36,263 nucleotides of DNA. It comes from Priapulus caudatus. Taxonomy: Eukaryota. Of the stretch, positions 33,901 to 36,263 are shown piece after piece. Both the position numbers and the translations under genes were made by a program. The notes beneath the pieces were generated by a model. It had not been told where the DNA came from, made no database searches, and was given only the letters and a program-made list of their open reading frames with translations. Each line of letters begins with the position of its first letter. Position 1 is the first letter of the stretch. The stretch spans positions 46,983-83,245 of the forward strand of contig NW_014577088.1 in NCBI RefSeq assembly GCF_000485595.1, in the 5' to 3' direction.

Positions 33901-35100
33901 GTACATTACTAATTGCTTTTCTGTTAATGTATACAAACGCAACACCCAACACACTCATTTTAATATTCTTAGCATTACCAGCTTGCTTATATGTCAAGAT
34001 ACGCGCGACCATTATTCAAGTGGCCTCTCCCAGTTCAAGAAGCCTACCAGTCCCAAAGATACTAGTTCCACGCAAGTTTACAGGAACACCCAAAACAAAC
34101 ACCTGGCTCAAATGCAGATCCTCCTCGTCAGGACACCCTTTTCCTATTACATAAAGGTTCACAGATCTTCGACTTGAAAGGCTCCATTAGAAACCGAACT
34201 GGCTAGCACGTCTGAAAATAGAGGGAATCCCGTGCTTACTCGATGAAACCCTACTCCGAACAGTGAGTTTCCAGCGCGAAAGTATCTGGACTGACATTTC
34301 CAATGTGCGCACAGTATAATTGATATACCCAGTACTCTCTCACTTCGTCATCATACAAGATGGTTCTGTTGTCAGCAGTGATTATATAGCGTAACTCAAA
34401 TGACATATAAATGATATAATAACAAATCACATGTAATATGTAAAATGTTTGACTTTCAGTGACGTGCGACACACCACTCTACATTCGTCAATATTCCAAG
34501 ACTGTTCTCACAATGGCAATCAACAGTGATACACACTTCCTCTCCAGCCATCTGGTGATGGACTATTCACTGCTAGTTGGCACAGACGATAACACCAAGG
34601 AACTCGTTGTTGGCATAATTGGTAAAAACATTCGATTGAATAGATGTTGAATTGCGAGTGTCGACATGTGATTATGTAGGGTAGAAGTTCATTTGTAAGT
34701 CATCAGGATAATATAATGATAGTTGATATAATGATAGTATGAATGCACTTTTATTATTCTTATTTACATTATTATGTTTACATACTATAAAAATTCAATG
34801 CAATTAAAACGTTAAGAATGTTCTTTAAAAAAAAAGCAGATGTCGTCATTAGTCGAGGTAAAAATGCACGATGTAGGTATTGATATCTGTTTACTAATTA
34901 CAGACTACATTCGCACGTTCACCTGGGACAAGAGGCTAGAGATGGTGGTCAAGGCTTCAGGCATCCTTGGAGGGCAGGGGAAGATGCCTACCGTTGTCTC
35001 CCCAGAGCTTTATCGTACACGGTTTTGCGAAGCCATGGAGCGATACTTTTTGTGTGTGCCAGACCGGTGGTATGGCCTGGGCAGAGGTGTCGACTGCTGA
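12134..35100 (+). CDS. PIKFYVE: 1-phosphatidylinositol 3-phosphate 5-kinase PIKfyve/Fab1, whole gene span, 39 coding exons
   Basis: FYVE (YWMPDSSCKECYDC..RRRHHCRVCGQIFC), DEP, CCT-like (MDIRQYVHIKK), CCR and PIPK motifs (ARGGKSG, FDLKGS, MDYSLLVG, IIDYIRTFTWDK) in canonical order; splice phases consistent except at exons 36-37. Confidence 0.98.
12432..12739 (+). CDS. PIKFYVE: PIKfyve exon 2
   Basis: ttcccag| ...RTAQTVLKRLRSILDHTNQ|gtttga. Confidence 0.85.
13129..13198. repeat. Perfect 70-bp palindrome in intron 2
   Basis: ATAAAATTTGACTAGATAACTAACTAGCTGTGTAT|ATACACAGCTAGTTAGTTATCTAGTCAAATTTTAT. Confidence 0.95.
13240..13789. mobile_element. Non-autonomous hAT element
   Basis: TIR CAGGGCTCGAATTAA / TTAATTTGAGCCCTG; perfect 8-bp TSD ACCCTGGA (13232-39, 13790-97); subterminal GTGCCC/TGCCTT repeats. 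Confidence 0.92.
13452..13493. mobile_element. Diverged 42-bp micro-MITE, copy 5, nested in the hAT element
   Basis: CAGGAGGGAATAAT...ATTATTCGCTCCTG; flanks ATAGTCG / ATAGCGG. Confidence 0.65.
13883..14072 (+). CDS. PIKFYVE: PIKfyve exon 3 (FYVE domain)
   Basis: TLKEYDDSDLKQYWMPDSSCKECYDCGDKFTTFRRRHHCRVCGQIFCSRCC; donor gtgagt. Confidence 0.97.
14369..14864 (+). CDS. PIKFYVE: PIKfyve exon 4 (FYVE end, DEP start)
   Basis: DLRVCTYC...HRLRNYTNCIVGNELVDWL. Confidence 0.95.
15048..15159 (+). CDS. PIKFYVE: PIKfyve exon 5 (DEP end)
   Basis: YQAGAIGQALMDAKFLECVTTHAQIFSDEYQLYKAGK. Confidence 0.93.
15497..15846. mobile_element. Degenerate hAT-like non-autonomous element in intron 5
   Basis: Ends TAGGGGTAGAAATTAAC / GTTAATTTTGCACCTTG; TATCTC on both flanks; repeated GGGAGTC/GACTCCC subterminal motifs. 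Confidence 0.65.
15867..16017 (+). CDS. PIKFYVE: PIKfyve exon 6
   Basis: AAKLDSP...QEPTWFKEIQ; donor gtaagt. Confidence 0.85.
16201..16368 (+). CDS. PIKFYVE: PIKfyve exon 7
   Basis: SRSRSSLL...TFYLNLDEEKG; phase 1-1. Confidence 0.75.
16605..16715 (+). CDS. PIKFYVE: PIKfyve exon 8
   Basis: LSGKALDVRQ...QDDFIK; open frame, phase 1-1. Confidence 0.7.
17040..17154 (+). CDS. PIKFYVE: PIKfyve exon 9
   Basis: ALSVKSS...DYWQTG...EVFKLF; phase 1-2 bridges the neighbouring exons. Confidence 0.75.
17678..17858 (+). CDS. PIKFYVE: PIKfyve exon 10 (CCT-like domain start)
   Basis: ANYHMVALLKQLL...VRPDVKHEGDDMDIRQYVHIKK. Confidence 0.96.
18354..18533 (+). CDS. PIKFYVE: PIKfyve exon 11
   Basis: VPGASK...CSKNVAHKNM...IEYQRVENKFSSIDPVVMQ. 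Confidence 0.96.
19002..19142 (+). CDS. PIKFYVE: PIKfyve exon 12
   Basis: EKEFLRNSV...LVEKSASRLAQD...NVKP|gtaagt. Confidence 0.96.
19166..19312. repeat. 49-bp tandem repeat, three identical copies
   Basis: TCTTCTAAGATGGAGCTTGTGTTGTGGGGTCGATCCCTATAGTAACCTA at 19166, 19215, 19264. Confidence 0.95.
19434..19572 (+). CDS. PIKFYVE: PIKfyve exon 13
   Basis: SVLSRVARCTQAD...PRLGFCHQF. Confidence 0.95.
20059..20153 (+). CDS. PIKFYVE: PIKfyve exon 14
   Basis: KVKNLMYFDGCASHLYCTVILRGGSTAELKK. Confidence 0.95.
20307..21935 (+). CDS. PIKFYVE: PIKfyve exon 15 (1629-bp central exon)
   Basis: VKEILQLMIYVAYHNRLETCFLMDE...FRKALDDVVLSVSP...LSDFRARGG; phase 0-0. Confidence 0.95.
22009..22888 (+). mobile_element. 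Helentron-associated/DINE-like non-autonomous element (3' end approximate)
   Basis: 5' hairpin AGCTCATCTGAC-ATA-GTCAGATGCAGCT, (GTCC)n microsatellite, two internal core repeats with GGTCAAAGGTCA; candidate 3' hairpin GCAGCCTGTAGGCTTGC. Confidence 0.7.
23268..23368 (+). CDS. PIKFYVE: PIKfyve exon 16
   Basis: YDCLNPYNHQKMAVLFNSYSYVSANAPNYCVNP(W). Confidence 0.95.
23632..23703 (+). CDS. PIKFYVE: PIKfyve exon 17
   Basis: VVTMDFYGRNDITLGAFLERYCF. Confidence 0.96.
23867..24038 (+). CDS. PIKFYVE: PIKfyve exon 18 (CCR); ends in a GC donor
   Basis: QTYLCPSVLCDTPMLDHIRKF...WSWCRKCRQ|GCAAGT. Confidence 0.93.
24189..24370 (+). CDS. PIKFYVE: PIKfyve exon 19
   Basis: VTPVVPMSRSTWSMSFAKYLELRF...CTHSLHHDYYQYF. 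Confidence 0.96.
24705..24818 (+). CDS. PIKFYVE: PIKfyve exon 20
   Basis: YSPILLREICLPPSII...LAV; phase 2-2. Confidence 0.92.
25103..25234 (+). CDS. PIKFYVE: PIKfyve exon 21
   Basis: GYGVYSAVLERILTLK...ERSEFR. Confidence 0.88.
25553..25635 (+). CDS. PIKFYVE: PIKfyve exon 22
   Basis: YIEDIQLMLVVPEL...; phase 2-1. Confidence 0.82.
25842..25926 (+). CDS. PIKFYVE: PIKfyve exon 23
   Basis: LQLFLEILDSITKLKTVIAGAVVFWNA(R). Confidence 0.85.
26055..26229 (+). CDS. PIKFYVE: PIKfyve exon 24
   Basis: ITEFLQAKKLEDK...HKDA|gtgagt. Confidence 0.82.
26376..26547 (+). CDS. PIKFYVE: PIKfyve exon 25 (variable region)
   Basis: EMPSTTLQK...INNE; donor gtaagt; phase 0-1. Confidence 0.75.
26679..26750 (+). CDS. 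PIKFYVE: PIKfyve exon 26 (variable; acceptor could be 26679, 26685 or 26688)
   Basis: SAECQETVDALTKLEIFTQNSCS; donor gtaagc; phase 1-1. Confidence 0.6.
26994..27134 (+). CDS. PIKFYVE: PIKfyve exon 27 (variable)
   Basis: Strong acceptor, open frame to ...VVCHARD; phase 1-1. Confidence 0.65.
27442..27525 (+). CDS. PIKFYVE: PIKfyve exon 28
   Basis: GVDMLRSHRRCLSDGE...; CAGCAG acceptor; phase 1-1. Confidence 0.7.
27731..27845 (+). CDS. PIKFYVE: PIKfyve exon 29
   Basis: ...ATMKTIFTQLISGSGYVPLPLA(F). Confidence 0.9.
28075..28170 (+). CDS. PIKFYVE: PIKfyve exon 30
   Basis: PPDEHYL...VPVVIYDKESSSIIAYTL. Confidence 0.94.
28400..28483 (+). CDS. PIKFYVE: PIKfyve exon 31
   Basis: SSEYASQLEHIQ...; phase 2-2. 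Confidence 0.85.
28612..28679 (+). CDS. PIKFYVE: PIKfyve exon 32
   Basis: PTTKRRNQSG...DILE; phase 2-1. Confidence 0.75.
29520..29666 (+). CDS. PIKFYVE: PIKfyve exon 33 (5' boundary uncertain)
   Basis: PRKSAVLAFFRGKD...DSVQY, resembling the vertebrate MLSFFRG segment as recalled; GAG acceptor. Confidence 0.75.
29694..29755. repeat. 21-bp tandem repeat x3
   Basis: TTGTGACTTTGCCATGTCTGC repeated. Confidence 0.92.
30289..30375 (+). CDS. PIKFYVE: PIKfyve exon 34
   Basis: VQSQDDF...NLHIEL joining QFSD in the next exon. Confidence 0.9.
30564..30950 (+). mobile_element. Second Helentron/DINE-like element (different subfamily; 3' end not defined)
   Basis: TTAGCTCACCTTGAC-ATC-GTCAAGCTGAGCTA hairpin then (GTCC)n 30617-30668. 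Confidence 0.7.
31692..31868 (+). CDS. PIKFYVE: PIKfyve exon 35 (kinase N-lobe, G-loop)
   Basis: FSDNAAKFYCRVYFAESFRKLR...WMARGGKSGSTFCKTQ. Confidence 0.97.
32040..32800 (+). mobile_element. Heavily altered copy of the intron-15 DINE-like element (bounds approximate)
   Basis: GGCACAAAATCTTAACCGCTCGACGTAC, GAATTGCGG-ACAA and GCTCGACCTA are collinear with 22116-22750. Confidence 0.75.
32960..33070 (+). mobile_element. Degraded relative of the 10507-10720 MITE
   Basis: TTAGGGT..GTCA..CACCATAAAAAGGAGT..CACGCGATTGTATCAACCAA. Confidence 0.55.
33793..33900 (+). CDS. PIKFYVE: PIKfyve exon 36, frameshifted in this sequence
   Basis: DRFIL then CTG-AC-CAG-ATG: the Lys codon of FILKQ is corrupted and one base short; remainder only loosely alignable. 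Confidence 0.75.
34040..34262 (+). CDS. PIKFYVE: PIKfyve exon 37, multiply frameshifted in this sequence
   Basis: Fragments KPT, KIL, YRNTQN, QIFDLKGSIRNR, LDETLLR in different frames; donor gtgagt. Confidence 0.8.
34460..34621 (+). CDS. PIKFYVE: PIKfyve exon 38 (catalytic MDYS)
   Basis: TCDTPLYIRQYSK...FLSSHLVMDYSLLVG...ELVVGII. Confidence 0.97.
34904..35100 (+). CDS. PIKFYVE: PIKfyve exon 39 (activation loop, stop)
   Basis: YIRTFTWDKRLEMVVKASGILGGQGKMPTVVSPELYRTRFCEAMERYFLCVPDRW...C-TGA. Confidence 0.98.
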
Positions 35101-35609
35101 TTATTTATAACTTCTGTTATGTGTTGAATCGGATAATGTTACTAGGTTGGTCAAGCTGAACCAGTGTATACGTATCTTTCGTTCATGCATCCTAATCTCG
35201 ACTTTGTGGCATTCTGTTGGCGAGAATTACGTTTAGAATGTCCTATCACAACAATGATTGGCTAGAGCTGCCTGTCAATCATGCCACCGATTTAGAACCT
35301 ACAGACCACAGCTGTCGACAAGTTATATTAATTATATAATATATTTCTCCCATAAAAATCACTGGCCATCATCTCATAGGCTGTGATGTGATAACGTAGG
35401 GGAATATAATGTGAAATTATCAGTGCGTGTGTGCCTGCATGCGTGCATGCTCACGTGTATGCTCATTTGAAGGTAAAAATTTGAGATAGGCCTAGACCTC
35501 AAAGGTGTATTAATTTGCTGAATGGAGGTCAGAATTGAATCATTTAAACTGTGATTATGGAAAACTAATTGATGGTTTATAATTTATTGTCTGTTATACT
35601 ATGAACATA

Positions 35610-35615
35610 AATAAA
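35610..35615 (+). terminator. Candidate polyadenylation signal
   Basis: First AATAAA I found after the stop codon; ATTAAA follows at 35638. Confidence 0.4.
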
Positions 35616-36179
35616 CTGCCATATATAATAATTGTACATTAAACAATGGTTAAGGTTATTCTTAAACTTTAAAAAGTTTCAATGAATAGTATTAGAATAG
35701 AGACATTGTATACCGTGTTTAAAAGAGGAGTAATATAATGCCAGGCTGTGCATTTACAACAGAATTGGGTCACTATTGAAAAACTGAAGAATTCATATGA
35801 ACATTAGGAGTCAGATCTTCACGCAACAAAATTCTGTATGAAAGCAATGTTCCTTTTTAATTTTAATGCATTTCAAGACAACGTTCTGTTTGTCTACCTA
35901 TTAAAACATTGCTAGCTAATAAGAACTGGTGACAAAATGGCGCTAGCCTGACACGGTAGCTGACACTGCCCAAATACGTCACAGTGTGTATATTCAGGGC
36001 ACATCCAAATCTAGAACCCAATATTGCCTGGATAGCCAAAGGCCACTACAGCACAGGTCTATCCAGGTGCTCAAAGTTCGGTTGGATCGAACCATGCTGA
36101 TTTTTTATATTTACCTGTTTTCTGCTATTTTTCTATCTTCTATGCATTTAATCTATTGTTTACGCAGATATTTACTATG

Positions 36180-36263
36180 ATTTATTTACACGCAATTTGA
36201 TAACACCAAATAATTTTTTAAAATATGGTTAGGTTGGGTCAGCAATGCACCATAAAACAGGAG
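36180..36263 (+). mobile_element. Partial relative of the 10507-10720 MITE, cut by window end
   Basis: GGTTAGGTTGGGTCAGCAATGCACCATAAAACAGGAG matches the core of that MITE. Confidence 0.6.

Overview
Eukaryotic (animal, invertebrate-like) genomic DNA; the species cannot be determined from the sequence. The main content is one complete, intron-rich plus-strand gene for the PI3P 5-kinase PIKfyve/Fab1. I traced 39 coding exons by hand from ATG 12134 to TGA 35100, about 7.2 kb of CDS or roughly 2,390 aa, with FYVE, DEP, CCT/chaperonin-like, CCR and PIPK domains in the expected order. One intron is GC-AG, one acceptor appears to be a rare GAG, and two kinase-core exons (33793-34262) are riddled with indels, most likely from an error-rich assembly patch. 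The first 12 kb has no supportable protein-coding gene. It holds a 42-bp minisatellite, microsatellites and a dense, nested set of non-autonomous DNA transposons (Mutator-like with a TTAGGG core, Tc1/mariner-like, mini-Helitron, foldback). hAT-like and Helentron/DINE-like elements sit in the introns. The most unusual signal is a family of ~40-bp near-perfect palindromes (CAGGAG...CTCCTG) flanked by 7-bp target duplications, seen five times. No CRISPR array, rRNA or tRNA gene was found. All coordinates are hand-derived and family assignments are from recall, not database searches.
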